Shown here piece after piece: positions 28,667-39,061 of a stretch of 64,000 nucleotides of DNA. The notes below the pieces were generated by a model. That model was not told where the DNA came from. It ran no database searches and worked only from the letters and a program-made list of their open reading frames with translations. Where the stretch lies: positions 45,386-109,385 of the forward strand of contig DAHWKL010000002.1 of assembly GCA_027343665.1 (NCBI GenBank), read 5' to 3'. Each line of letters opens with the position of its first letter. The first letter of the stretch is position 1. The stretch is from an archaeon. Lineage in GTDB: Archaea > Nanobdellota > Nanobdellia > Pacearchaeales > GW2011-AR1. Made by a program: the position numbers and the translations under genes.

Positions 28667-30010
28667 TTAGATTTTCAGGACGTCCCCATTTTTCATAAGA
28701 TGAGAAGTCTCATTAGGCTTGTATCCAAACTCTTCTGAAAGTTCTATGAAAGGCGCTTCCTGCACCTGCGTTCCGTGTGCCGGAACGACATGCTCCGGTT
28801 TCAGTAAATTTATAATTTCTCTCATATCTTCTCTGCTTCCATGTCCATGAACATGTACATCAACTTGGAGTTTGACTCCCATTTTTCTAAGTTTAGCATC
28901 AAGAATCCTCCTTGCTTCTATATTAACCTCGGTGGGGATAACACTCGATGAAAAGATAAGATTATCCCCTTCCCTGAATTTGAAAACAGAATCTCCTCTT
29001 GAAATCCTGTCAAGTATCGAATTTCGTTCTCCCTGATGACCCGTGCAAACAACAAGATATTTCCCACGATCAGCCTCTACTTTTTTCAAGATTGAATCAA
29101 CTTGATTCCGATATTTCATTATTTTCACATTGCCCCTGAAAGGACATTTTCCAACTTTTATCGCAGACAAGACATACTTCGCAAGACTTCTTCCGAGAAA
29201 TATTATCTCCCGATTAGTCTTCTGACCTATTTTTACAATATTATTGAGCCTTTCTATATGGCTTGAAAAAGTCGTAACAAAAAGCGCTTTATCTGTTCCC
29301 TTGCTCATTTTTGAGAAGGCATCTTCCAAGAGCCCAAGCGCGACTTTTTCACCGCCTGGCCTTACATCAGTCGAAGAATAAAGTGCGTCAATAACTAAAG
29401 CTTTAACCCCTTTTTCACCTATTTCTTTTAGCCTTTTGTAATTCGGCGGCGCTCCCAGCGTGGGGTGATTATCAAACTTAAGATCAAGAGCGTAAAAGAA
29501 GGCACCTTCTTGGGCGTGAAGCGCGATATAAGAACAGTCAATCGTTGAATGTGTTGCATTAACAAACTCAGCTTTTATTTTTCCGTTACTTGTTTTTATT
29601 TCATGAACAGAGTTTGCATTAACCATCCTTAATTTATTATTTGCAACTATCTTTGAGTCTTCAATAAGAGACTCAAGAACTTTTATTGTAAAAGGCGTCG
29701 CAAAAACATCAACATCTGGATATCTGTGAAGAAGAAAAGGTAAACCACCAACATGATCCAAATGAGCATGTGAGATAAAAATTGCCCTCACTTTATCTCT
29801 CCATTTTAATTCATCAAGAATCCTGTCATCAGGAACTCCCCCGACTCTCCTAAGACCAGAAAGGCTGTAACCTATTTTTTCAGTTTCTTGAAGTTCTATT
29901 ATCCCGGGAAGAAAGAAACCGCAGTCAAATATAAAAACATCATCATCGACTTTCACAGCCGTCATGTTTTTTCCGACCTCTTCAAAGCCGCCTACAGTAC
30001 ATATTTCCAT
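28667..30010 (-). CDS. beta-CASP ribonuclease, archaeal RNase J-like
   Basis: 447 aa. ISHAHLDHVGG metallo-beta-lactamase motif. No KH domains. Confidence 0.75.
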   Translation of the reverse strand: MEICTVGGFEEVGKNMTAVKVDDDVFIFDCGFFLPGIIELQETEKIGYSLSGLRRVGGVPDDRILDELKWRDKVRAIFISHAHLDHVGGLPFLLHRYPDVDVFATPFTIKVLESLIEDSKIVANNKLRMVNANSVHEIKTSNGKIKAEFVNATHSTIDCSYIALHAQEGAFFYALDLKFDNHPTLGAPPNYKRLKEIGEKGVKALVIDALYSSTDVRPGGEKVALGLLEDAFSKMSKGTDKALFVTTFSSHIERLNNIVKIGQKTNREIIFLGRSLAKYVLSAIKVGKCPFRGNVKIMKYRNQVDSILKKVEADRGKYLVVCTGHQGERNSILDRISRGDSVFKFREGDNLIFSSSVIPTEVNIEARRILDAKLRKMGVKLQVDVHVHGHGSREDMREIINLLKPEHVVPAHGTQVQEAPFIELSEEFGYKPNETSHLMKNGDVLKI

Positions 30011-30087
30011 TTTACATTACAATCATGAAAATTCAGTTTAAAATGCTTTCTGATAAAAAATATAAACCTCTTCCGCCTTAAGGTCTC

Positions 30088-30348
30088 ATGAAACCATTGA
30101 TTCCGTCACACCGGGAAAAGAGAAGATACCTCTTGCTGGGAGGGAAGGACTTGAAAAAGAACGTCACTGCAGCAATAAAAGAATTTATAGGGGTTCTCGG
30201 ACTTTCTGAAGCGTCTCCTGTATGGATAAAAGATGATATAATCTCTATAAACAGGAAATCGATTGACAAAGTAAAAGCATCATTCGCCGTTTTCAAAGAA
30301 AAAATTGATGTGAAAAAAGTTTCTGGGACTCTTAGGGGCTTGGATTAA
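30088..30348 (+). CDS. RNase P protein component Pop5 (short form)
   Basis: LIPSHREKRRYLLL N-terminus and C-terminal VSGTLRG are Pop5-like. Confidence 0.65.
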   Translation: MKPLIPSHREKRRYLLLGGKDLKKNVTAAIKEFIGVLGLSEASPVWIKDDIISINRKSIDKVKASFAVFKEKIDVKKVSGTLRGLD

Positions 30349-30845
30349 AACCTTCCTTTCAAGGCAAATCTTTCAAGGTCGAAAATATGCAAGTTTTTGT
30401 TTCCGGTCAAGACCCTCGAATATTCAAGAAAGTCCTTCAGATGGAATTCATTGGCAACTTCAGGATTTTTCACTTTTGATTTGAAATAGTTCTCTTGTTT
30501 CATAATGAAAAAGGCAGGAGAAACAACTTCCTTCACAAAATATTTTCGTATAAATTGTGACAAGACAGCTTCCTGTCTTTCCTGTGTGAGGTCTATCTCG
30601 GGGAATTCCGAAAGTCTGGACTCATCAAAACTTTGGGAAACGCTCAAATCATGGGTTCCAAAAACTTTCAGAATTATTCTATACTCGTCATTTCCAAAAC
30701 TTCCGAAACAAGCCAATTCTATCGACTTGTAACCCGTCACATTATACTTTGTCCCGATTTTCTCCAATACTTCTAATGGGCTTTCTTTGCAGCATTGGTC
30801 AGGAAAGACACGACCACTAAATCGCATCATTATTCTTGTTGCCAT
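30345..30845 (-). CDS. hypothetical protein
   Basis: 166-aa ORF, no motif recognised. Confidence 0.5.
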   Translation of the reverse strand: MATRIMMRFSGRVFPDQCCKESPLEVLEKIGTKYNVTGYKSIELACFGSFGNDEYRIILKVFGTHDLSVSQSFDESRLSEFPEIDLTQERQEAVLSQFIRKYFVKEVVSPAFFIMKQENYFKSKVKNPEVANEFHLKDFLEYSRVLTGNKNLHIFDLERFALKGRF

Positions 30846-30902
30846 ACGCGAAACTTATGAAACAATTTATAAAAATTTGTGTTGTAAAAAATTAAACAAC
30901 AG

Positions 30903-31346
30903 TTATCTTTTTTTGACACTGCAAAAAGAAATCATAACAATTCCGCAAAGAATCGTGAATATAGCAAAATCAAGGAACACTTGGATAACTGAATCCACCA
31001 CTATTTTTGAAATCCATAGATAATCAATAACTAAAGTTGCGATACCAAAAAGGAAGAAGAGAAAGTCAAATCCGTTCCTGTTCCTTTTAAGTCTGACATT
31101 AGCAAAAGTCGTAAAGATTCCGACGATTATAAAAACAATAAGAAAATCAACAAAAACCTGACCGGTATGATTCATATCCCATTTTGAGATAAAAAAATAA
31201 TGCAGGAGGAGCACCGCAATTACTGCAATGAAATAAACGAATTCTGCGGAAGTCTTCTGTTTATCGCGAGGGGGCTGATTTTTTTGAGATGTGCCTCTGC
31301 TTCTGGAAACACCCCTTGCAGATTTAGCAACCCTCTTTTTTGCCAT
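30903..31346 (-). CDS. hypothetical membrane protein with basic N-terminus
   Basis: MAKKRVAKSARGVSRSRG followed by four TM segments. Confidence 0.5.
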   Translation of the reverse strand: MAKKRVAKSARGVSRSRGTSQKNQPPRDKQKTSAEFVYFIAVIAVLLLHYFFISKWDMNHTGQVFVDFLIVFIIVGIFTTFANVRLKRNRNGFDFLFFLFGIATLVIDYLWISKIVVDSVIQVFLDFAIFTILCGIVMISFCSVKKR

Positions 31347-31468
31347 CTTTTTTATTCAAAAGATTATTATATATTGAAATTAATCTTTTTATATCTTTTT
31401 ATTTTGCGAAAGTTGAATGGTCTTAATGAGAACTAAAAGCCTGAATCTTTAATAACTGGGAGGAAAAA

Positions 31469-32284
31469 TCATTTCACCTGTTTCATCTCTCTCCAGGCAA
31501 GTTCAAACATCTGCTCAAGGGCCTGGGAGAAAAATTCCGTGTTTATCCACACACCAACATCATAATTGGGGTGGAATTTTTCATCATCAAGTAGCATGAA
31601 CATGAGTTGATTTGAGTCAATTATAGTGAACCTCGCTTTGAAATTTTCGAGACTTCTCACCTCAGCAACTTTCTTTAATTCCCTCGCAACATTAAGATTA
31701 TTTTTATCAATTGGGGCTGCAATCCTTATCTTAACTCCCCTCTTCTTCGCTTTCTCAAAACTTGGCATCAAAGCCTCAAGCTTTCTGTTAAGACCCTCAT
31801 GCGTCGTGACCATAGTAATTGTTTTCTCAGCATCACGAACCATCATATCCAAATGATTGTAGAGATTCTGTCTTCCCTTAAGACTTCCAGAAAGATCCGA
31901 AGGCTCAACAAATTTTATCCCTTTTGTGAAAAGTCCTGTAAGTTCATCAAGAACTTCATCGCCTTTAAGAGTTTCAAGTCTTCTTGTTTTCTCTTTAGCA
32001 TCAATCAGAAGATTCTTCTTTACTCTTTCAACAACTTCTTCTGGTTTAAGCGCAACGAATTTTATTGGCTTACCCACTTTCATGATTATGAATCCTTTCT
32101 TTTCAAGTGATTCAAGAATATCATAAGTTCTTGATCTAGGAACATCAGATATCGTCGAGAGTTCACCTGCCGTTGAAGTTCCTCTTGACAAAAGAGCGGT
32201 CCAAACCTTAACTTCATATAAATTCAGGTCAAAAATCTTTCTTAGTCTGCTTAAAAATTCATCTTTGACTATCATTTTTCTCAA
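31469..32284 (-). CDS. TrmB-family transcriptional regulator
   Basis: NLYEVKVWTALLSRGTSTAGELSTISDVPRSRTYDILESLEKKGFII. Paralogue of 13295..14068. Confidence 0.8.
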   Translation of the reverse strand: MRKMIVKDEFLSRLRKIFDLNLYEVKVWTALLSRGTSTAGELSTISDVPRSRTYDILESLEKKGFIIMKVGKPIKFVALKPEEVVERVKKNLLIDAKEKTRRLETLKGDEVLDELTGLFTKGIKFVEPSDLSGSLKGRQNLYNHLDMMVRDAEKTITMVTTHEGLNRKLEALMPSFEKAKKRGVKIRIAAPIDKNNLNVARELKKVAEVRSLENFKARFTIIDSNQLMFMLLDDEKFHPNYDVGVWINTEFFSQALEQMFELAWREMKQVK

Positions 32285-32339
32285 GCCTTCTAGGAACTTT
32301 TAGTTTTTAAAGATTGCTATCCTAGAAAAGTAATTCTAT

Positions 32340-35204
32340 CTAGTTACTCCCATCCAGTCTAACAACTTTCAATTTTCCGGAAACCTCTTTCACTTCAAAA
32401 GTCTGGGATTCCCCCTTGACTGAGCTTTCTTTTTCATTAATCAGAACTTTTTTTGAGTTCGTTCTCTCTTTAATAAAATCCTTTTGCCCATCGAAAAGTT
32501 TATGGAATTTTTTTTCAATTGTTATCTCAAGATCTATCTCATCTTTCTTATTGAGGCCGATTTTTTTCCTGAAAGCCTGCACATTTCTAGAAATTTCCCG
32601 GGCATAACCTTCAGCTTCCAGTTCAGGAGTGATATTGAGATCAAGACTTACATTTATCTCTTTATTATCTGATAATAGAATCTTAAGTTCTTTAACATTC
32701 AATTCCTGTTTTATTACCTTCTGTAAATCCTTCTCTTCATGTAGAAATTTGTTAGAACAGGATATCGTCGCAAGGTTTAAAGGCCATTTTAATGGAACAT
32801 TGTTCTGATCCCGTTTTTTTAGCCCGACGGAAACAATTTCCCTGACTATCCTCATATTTTCCTCAAGTGTTGAATCCATTTTTTCATTGTCATACTCGGG
32901 CCAGTCCTGAAGATGAACCGAATATTTATTTCCGTTTAAAGTTCGGTATATCTTTTCTGCAACAAATGGGACTATTGGAGCAATCACTTTTGATGATTCA
33001 TTCAGGACAAATCTCAGAGTCTTCCCGACTTCTTTGTCTCCGTCATTAAATCTGTCCCTTGAATTTCTCACATACCATGTGGAAAGATCATCAACAAAGT
33101 CTTTTATCTCAAAGCAGGCTTTTATTGTATTGTAACTTTCCAGAGCTTCTTTCACATTTTTTACCAATGAATTCAGTCTGGAAATTATCCACCGATCCAT
33201 GAAATGCCGAGATGGAGAAGATTTTTCATCTGCCTTCTTTGAGTTCATAGAATAAAAGTTATTAACATTATAAAGAAGAGAGATAACTTTTTTGTAAGAT
33301 TCATCAAGTCCTTTCTCGGAGAAATTAAAGTTGTCTGCACTCATAACAGAAGACTGCAAAAGATAGAATCTCAAAGCGTCTGCTCCATATTTTTTAATGA
33401 CTATTTCAGGATCCGGATAATTATTTTTCGATTTTGACATCTTCTGCCCGTCCTCAGCAAGGATAGTGCCTGTAGTTAGAACATTTTCAAATGGAATCTT
33501 GTCAAAAAGTATTGCTGAAAGAACAATCATATAATAAAACCAAGCTCTCGTCTGCCCGATATATTCCACAACAAACTGTGCGGGAAAATTTTTCTCGAAA
33601 AAATCTTTGTTTTCGAAAGGATAATGGAACTGCGCGAAGGTCATTCCTCCGGATTCAAACCAACAATCAAGAACCTCAGGTATTCTGGAATATTCTTCAC
33701 CATCTATCTCCAGTTTAACCTGATCAAGGTAATCCTTATGAAGATCTACTTCTCCTTTGGGAAGGCTCTTTGCATATTTTTTCAGCTCTTCGATAGAACC
33801 AATGACTTTTATTTTCCCATACTCGCTTTTCCATATTGGAATAGCACTTGCCCAATATCTGTTTCTTGTTATATTCCAGTCTGGAGCAAGTTCTATATTG
33901 TTTTTCATTCTCCCTTCTTTCAGAAAATCCGGAATCCAATTTATTTCAAGATTCAGCTCCTGAAGCCTCTTTCTTATCTTGTCTATATTCACAAACCAGG
34001 CAGGAAGGGCACGATATATGAGTTTGGTCTCACACCTATAACAGAATGGATATTCATGCTCGACTTTTTTCGAAAGTATCGCCTTACCTGCTTTTTTCAG
34101 GTCAATAACTATCCTTTCATTTATATCATGCACATACTCTCCAGCATAATCAGTTACTTCTCTTGTGAAACAGCCATTCTCATCTACAGGTTGGACCATG
34201 GGAATCTTATATTTTCTGCAAACAGCATTATCATCTTCTCCAAAAGCGGGGGCAGTATGCACGATACCTGTGCCATCTTCTTCCGTAACAAAGTCGCCGA
34301 GAATTATTTTGAAAGCATTCTTTGTGTCTTTAAAATAAGAGTATAATGGTTCGTAAGTTTTTCCCTCAAGTTCTTTTCCTATCACGATCTTTTTTATAGT
34401 ATAGTCCGCATCAGATTTGTAAAAATTTTTCACAAGATCCTTGGCAAGTAAATAAACATTTCCATCAGTTTTGTCCTCCACAAATGCATATTCCAGATGA
34501 GGGTTAACTGTAAGTGCTAAGTTCGATGGAAGTGTCCAGGGAGTTGTTGTCCACGAAAGTGCATAAGTATCTTTTTCTTCTGTAAGTTTGAATTTAACAA
34601 CGACCGACAAGTCTTTTACAAGTTTGTAAGAGTTATCCATAGCAATCTCAGATTTTGCAAGAGGCGTCGAACAGTGAGGGCAGTACATCAGGATTTTCTC
34701 ACCTTCGTACATATAACCTTTCTCATAAAGTTGTTTGAAAGCCCACCATATAGATTCGATATATTTTGTATCCATTGTTTTGTATCCATTTTCAAAATCC
34801 ACCCATCTTCCTATCCTGTCGATTGTCTTTTTCCATTCTTTTGCGTAAGTCAAAACTTTGCTCCTGCAAAAATCATTGAATTTCTTTACACCCATCTTTT
34901 CTATTTCATCTTTTGATTTTAATCCAAGCTCTTTCTCTGCAACATTTTCTACAGGAAGTCCATGGCAGTCCCACCCCCAGTTTCTTTTGACAAGCCTTCC
35001 ATTCATAGTGAAAAATCTCGGGAAGACATCTTTTAATATAGATGCGAGAAGATGCCCGTAATGAGGAAGCCCGGTCGCAAAAGGCGGTCCGTCATAAAAA
35101 ATGTAGGGTTTCCCTTTTTTTGTCTTTTCAAGAGATTTTTCGAACGTCTCGTCTTTTTCCCAGAATTCAAGAATTTCCTTTTCTTCTTTGTCTATCTCAG
35201 CCAT
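32340..35204 (-). CDS. ileS: isoleucine--tRNA ligase
   Basis: PFATGLPHYGHLL (HIGH), GWDCHGLPVE, QKMSKSKNN (KMSKS). 954 aa. Confidence 0.9.
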   Translation of the reverse strand: MAEIDKEEKEILEFWEKDETFEKSLEKTKKGKPYIFYDGPPFATGLPHYGHLLASILKDVFPRFFTMNGRLVKRNWGWDCHGLPVENVAEKELGLKSKDEIEKMGVKKFNDFCRSKVLTYAKEWKKTIDRIGRWVDFENGYKTMDTKYIESIWWAFKQLYEKGYMYEGEKILMYCPHCSTPLAKSEIAMDNSYKLVKDLSVVVKFKLTEEKDTYALSWTTTPWTLPSNLALTVNPHLEYAFVEDKTDGNVYLLAKDLVKNFYKSDADYTIKKIVIGKELEGKTYEPLYSYFKDTKNAFKIILGDFVTEEDGTGIVHTAPAFGEDDNAVCRKYKIPMVQPVDENGCFTREVTDYAGEYVHDINERIVIDLKKAGKAILSKKVEHEYPFCYRCETKLIYRALPAWFVNIDKIRKRLQELNLEINWIPDFLKEGRMKNNIELAPDWNITRNRYWASAIPIWKSEYGKIKVIGSIEELKKYAKSLPKGEVDLHKDYLDQVKLEIDGEEYSRIPEVLDCWFESGGMTFAQFHYPFENKDFFEKNFPAQFVVEYIGQTRAWFYYMIVLSAILFDKIPFENVLTTGTILAEDGQKMSKSKNNYPDPEIVIKKYGADALRFYLLQSSVMSADNFNFSEKGLDESYKKVISLLYNVNNFYSMNSKKADEKSSPSRHFMDRWIISRLNSLVKNVKEALESYNTIKACFEIKDFVDDLSTWYVRNSRDRFNDGDKEVGKTLRFVLNESSKVIAPIVPFVAEKIYRTLNGNKYSVHLQDWPEYDNEKMDSTLEENMRIVREIVSVGLKKRDQNNVPLKWPLNLATISCSNKFLHEEKDLQKVIKQELNVKELKILLSDNKEINVSLDLNITPELEAEGYAREISRNVQAFRKKIGLNKKDEIDLEITIEKKFHKLFDGQKDFIKERTNSKKVLINEKESSVKGESQTFEVKEVSGKLKVVRLDGSN

Positions 35205-35287
35205 TAAAAACCCAAGTACGGTTAATTTATAAGATTTTTTATATACAATGCAAAATCTCTTAAATCTGCAACTCTTTGTATTAGAAA

Positions 35288-35875
35288 ATGGAAAAAGAGT
35301 ATAACAGGTTTATAAGACCCGGGATAATTGAAGGCTTTGCCGGACCCATGATGTCTGGGAAAACCGGGAGATTGCTAAAAAGGGTTGATCCCCTTAGATG
35401 GATGCACGGAAAGTTCTCTTATATAGGTTTCAGACCAAAAATTGACAACAGAGATTTCAGATGCCGTTCATCAGAAGATTTCATAAAATGGAATTATATA
35501 AGCAATCCTGAAGAAATAATTTACCCATCAAGAGATTATGATCTTATTGTTATAGATGAGATACAATTTCTTGCGGCAGGAATTGTGGAAGTCATACTTG
35601 ACCTTCAAAAGATGGGAAAAAATGTAATCTTCGCAGGATTGGATCTTGATTTCAAAGGTGAGCCATTCGGTTCTATGCCTGAACTTATAACAATTGCGAA
35701 CGAGTTCGAAAAACTCCACTCAATATGCACCGAATGCGGAAATCCTGCCTATTACACCCAGAGATTAATAAATGGAAAACCCGCACCATACAATTCGGAT
35801 ATAATCTCTATAGAAGGAGAATCGGAATACGAAGCAAGATGTTTTAAACATCATGAGGTCCCGGGAAAGGTCTGA
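35288..35875 (+). CDS. tdk: thymidine kinase
   Basis: P-loop GPMMSGKTGRLL and zinc site CTECGNPAYYTQR...ARCFKHH. Confidence 0.85.
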   Translation: MEKEYNRFIRPGIIEGFAGPMMSGKTGRLLKRVDPLRWMHGKFSYIGFRPKIDNRDFRCRSSEDFIKWNYISNPEEIIYPSRDYDLIVIDEIQFLAAGIVEVILDLQKMGKNVIFAGLDLDFKGEPFGSMPELITIANEFEKLHSICTECGNPAYYTQRLINGKPAPYNSDIISIEGESEYEARCFKHHEVPGKV

Positions 35876-35876
35876 T

Positions 35877-36410
35877 ATGATAACCTGGCTGCTGATAATC
35901 CTACTGATAATCTTAGCTTTTCTGTTTTCCATAATTTTCCCATTTCCATTATTTGGTGCACCCTTTGACTTTTCAAGAGATGAAGCCATAAGAAATATTG
36001 TCAAACTTACAGCTCCAAAAAATGGAGATAAAATAGCAGAGCTGGGCTCAGGGGATGGTAGGGTATGTATAGCTTTGGCAAGAAAAAATCCAAAAACTAA
36101 AATTTACGGATTTGAGATAAATCCCATTCTTGTGGTATTGTCAAAAATTAATGTGAACAAAGCAGGATTTGAAAAACAGATAAAGATAAAATGGAAAAAT
36201 TTCTGGTTTGCCGATTTTGGAAAGTTTAACAAAATTGTCATGTTTCAATTTGATAATGTTATGTCAAGAATAGAAAAAAAATTCGACAAAGAATTAAAAA
36301 AAGACTCTCTGATTATATCGCATCACTGGAAACTTCCACACTGGAAAATTGTCAGATCATTAGGCAAAGAACACATCTCATATGGGAAAGTCCATCTCTA
36401 CAAAAGATAA
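35877..36410 (+). CDS. membrane-anchored class I SAM-dependent methyltransferase
   Basis: ORF 35853..36410. ATG 35877 follows the tdk stop (TGATATG). N-terminal TM and motif I ELGSGDGRV. Confidence 0.6.
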   Translation: MITWLLIILLIILAFLFSIIFPFPLFGAPFDFSRDEAIRNIVKLTAPKNGDKIAELGSGDGRVCIALARKNPKTKIYGFEINPILVVLSKINVNKAGFEKQIKIKWKNFWFADFGKFNKIVMFQFDNVMSRIEKKFDKELKKDSLIISHHWKLPHWKIVRSLGKEHISYGKVHLYKR

Positions 36411-37136
36411 TTATTTCCGTGGCCCAAAACTTTCGAGAACCTGCTTTTCAACAAAATGGAGATTCCCGGGGATAATCATACAATAAGGTTTAAAGACACC
36501 ATGAAACTTGCGAAATTCATCTAAAGTTCTGTAAAGAATTTTTGAATTCCTGGTCCCTAGAGCTTGACACACAACGAGTTTGTCAATGTTAACTTTATGT
36601 TTTTGAGCTCCAGTCTCAAGCTCCAAGATGGCTTTCTGAAAATCAAGACCTATATCGATAAGTATCAAAGAATGCGCCCCTATTTTCATATTCTCTTTAA
36701 CAGTCTCCATAAAACTATCGGGCTCAAAACTCTTCTGCCAGGCAGGCATTGAGGCAGTCTTTCCAAATTTGTAAATCTGAAGACCAGTCTCTGCAATGGC
36801 ATCAAAAATTGAAGCTGCATAAATTATCCTATATTTGACTCCGGAAGCTCTGCATTCATCAATCAAAGTAATATGTGTCGTGGCGCTCAAAGGCGAACCA
36901 TAAACAAGAAGGGCAACATTGAGTTTTTTCGCTTCATCTACCAGGCTGAGATTTTCAACTTTTTCCCTGTTTGCCGGAGTCACTTTTTTCCCTATGACTT
37001 CTTCGACTTGATGATCAGTAAAGGGGAAATCAACAGTGTAATTCTCAAGATAGATTCTCTTGCAGTTCATAATAGCAGCAAGTCCTTCCTTAGATATCCC
37101 ATGTTCGTTAAGGCCGAGCCCTATTAGGTATAACAT
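36411..37136 (-). CDS. dph5: diphthine synthase
   Basis: MLYLIGLGLNEHGISKEGL...YLENYT N-terminus of the tetrapyrrole-methylase-fold Dph5 family. Confidence 0.8.
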   Translation of the reverse strand: MLYLIGLGLNEHGISKEGLAAIMNCKRIYLENYTVDFPFTDHQVEEVIGKKVTPANREKVENLSLVDEAKKLNVALLVYGSPLSATTHITLIDECRASGVKYRIIYAASIFDAIAETGLQIYKFGKTASMPAWQKSFEPDSFMETVKENMKIGAHSLILIDIGLDFQKAILELETGAQKHKVNIDKLVVCQALGTRNSKILYRTLDEFRKFHGVFKPYCMIIPGNLHFVEKQVLESFGPRK

Positions 37137-37235
37137 GAGATTAATTGAGAAAATTGCTTATTAAAATTATCCTTTTTCAGATTACAAAAATCAGGAACTC
37201 AGAACATTTATTAATATGAGAAACATATTTTTCAA

Positions 37236-37499
37236 ATGGCTGATCCATTATCACTTTACCTTCTCGAATCATTCCTGACTTTTGCAGTTATTGTGATATT
37301 TATATTCATGATAAAGATAAAAGAGAAGGCAAAGAGGATATCAATTCTTGAAGGTGCATCTTTCCTGATAATGATTGTAGGGGTCATATATGGGATAACA
37401 ACTGCATTCGGATATGCACTGATATGTGCTGGTATGATATTCATAGTCGCTGACCTTCTTGTAAGAACCATCGGAAGAGACAAGAAGAAAAAAAGATAA
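37236..37499 (+). CDS. small hypothetical membrane protein
   Basis: Three hydrophobic segments and a KKKKR tail. The antisense ORF 37256..37483 is less protein-like. Confidence 0.45.
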   Translation: MADPLSLYLLESFLTFAVIVIFIFMIKIKEKAKRISILEGASFLIMIVGVIYGITTAFGYALICAGMIFIVADLLVRTIGRDKKKKR

Positions 37500-37778
37500 T
37501 CAATGAATTTTTATTACTGAAATAACATCTGAGTGATAAAAAAGATAATTATACTGGTTGATTGAATTATAAAATTTTCCTTTCCATTCAATAGGATTTA
37601 TTTTCCTAAAGAAGTAAGAATCGCTTCTGAAAAATCTTCCACCACCAATTTCAGCAGGAGAAGGGGGATAAATATACTTATCATTAATCTCAAGCGCTCC
37701 AAAAATCATTGCAGGATTATTTTTCTTATGCATTGATGATTCTATTCTTTTGACCAGTTTTTCTATTTGCTCACTCAT
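37500..37778 (-). CDS. hypothetical protein
   Basis: 92-aa ORF overlapping the upstream gene by 4 nt. Confidence 0.45.
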   Translation of the reverse strand: MSEQIEKLVKRIESSMHKKNNPAMIFGALEINDKYIYPPSPAEIGGGRFFRSDSYFFRKINPIEWKGKFYNSINQYNYLFYHSDVISVIKIH

Positions 37779-38068
37779 CTTTTTTTGGTTTTTCCGCTCG
37801 ATCTTTTCAGATTTTTATTTGTTTTATCTCTTTTGATAATCAAACTTCTGCTTGAAACTATTGCAATAAAAAGTGAAGTGAAAAGCATCCAGTCCGAACC
37901 CGTAATAAGACCGATAATTCCACCTGCAAGACCAAGATAAGTTAAAATAACAAACCAAAACTGTCCTGCTTTTTGCTCGTCTTTTGTTGCATTCTTGAGC
38001 ATATCCCCCATTGGAAAACCCAAAATCAAAACTACAACACCCACTATAAGTTTCAATATTTCTTGCAT
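37775..38068 (-). CDS. small hypothetical membrane protein
   Basis: Three TM segments and a basic tail. Preferred over the overlapping frame 37824..38129. Confidence 0.5.
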   Translation of the reverse strand: MQEILKLIVGVVVLILGFPMGDMLKNATKDEQKAGQFWFVILTYLGLAGGIIGLITGSDWMLFTSLFIAIVSSRSLIIKRDKTNKNLKRSSGKTKKR

Positions 38069-38106
38069 ATTCTAATATAAAGACCAAACTTTTTATAACT
38101 TTATCT

Positions 38107-38973
38107 TCAAAGAAAAGCTGCAAGTGCAATGCTTGAAACTATTGCCAAAGCTGCTCCGAGATATTGATGCCAATTTATTTTTTCCTTGTTTAACCACACT
38201 CCGAGAAAAAGTGCCACGGCAGGATAACTTTCTGTTATTGCAGTTATGAGCCCGATGTTCTCATTAAAAACAGCAAAAGAATAAAAGACCCATGCAGCAG
38301 TGTCTATGATTCCCATACTTAAAAGAAGCCACTTAAATTTTGAAGCATTCTTTGCAAATTTCGGAAAGTCTCCTCTTTTATAAATAAGAACCAAGCAGAA
38401 AATCGTAAGAATAAACCAAGGAGCCCACACGGCCATTATCGGGGAAATGTCTCTTGATGAAGCAGAGGTCAGGAAATTAATCAAACCCATGCCAACAGCC
38501 GCCAAAAATGCGAGCAGAATTCCTTTCTCCCATTTCAACTTCCAATGTGAAAAGGATTCTGTTGCAACAAGAAGGATCCCGACAAATATGAATGATGTTA
38601 TTACAAATTGCATCATGGACAAACCTTCCTTGAAGAAAAAATAACCCATAAGAATAGTTATGGGAAGTTCAAGCTCAATTATGATATCTGTCGTCGAAAG
38701 CTTAGCTATTCTCAGAGCTTCAAGATCAAAAAGTGCTGCTACGAAGCTAACAATTCCAAGGACAAGCAAAAGTATAAGGTTCGAAACTGAAAATAATTTA
38801 TCAAAATCCTTTATCATAAAGGGTATTAGTCCAAGAGTTCCGATTATACCGATGAACGCGAGAGCTTCAAGATCTCCAACTTTTCTAGTTGATTTTTGGA
38901 TCAAAAAATCACCTACAGCCCAGAGGATCATCGCAGAAAAAGCCGCAAGTAATATTCCGAATTCCAAACCCAT
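38107..38973 (-). CDS. EamA/DMT-family transporter
   Basis: About 10 TM segments forming two EamA-like halves. Confidence 0.7.
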   Translation of the reverse strand: MGLEFGILLAAFSAMILWAVGDFLIQKSTRKVGDLEALAFIGIIGTLGLIPFMIKDFDKLFSVSNLILLLVLGIVSFVAALFDLEALRIAKLSTTDIIIELELPITILMGYFFFKEGLSMMQFVITSFIFVGILLVATESFSHWKLKWEKGILLAFLAAVGMGLINFLTSASSRDISPIMAVWAPWFILTIFCLVLIYKRGDFPKFAKNASKFKWLLLSMGIIDTAAWVFYSFAVFNENIGLITAITESYPAVALFLGVWLNKEKINWHQYLGAALAIVSSIALAAFL

Positions 38974-39061
38974 AGATTAATTATGTTTACTCATTTTAAA
39001 ATGATTTGGTAAATCGCAAAAAGATAAAAATCTTTATAATTACAAGGGATTTAAAATTTAT

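Noticed and set aside
33624-34346. 240-aa + strand ORF, plus other + ORFs between 32416 and 35263
   Set aside because: Antisense to ileS, whose class I motifs are unambiguous. The translations are F/I/L/S-rich with no motifs.
37824-38129. 101-aa minus-strand ORF overlapping 37775..38068
   Set aside because: The other frame encodes a clean three-TM protein and leaves normal spacing to the EamA gene.
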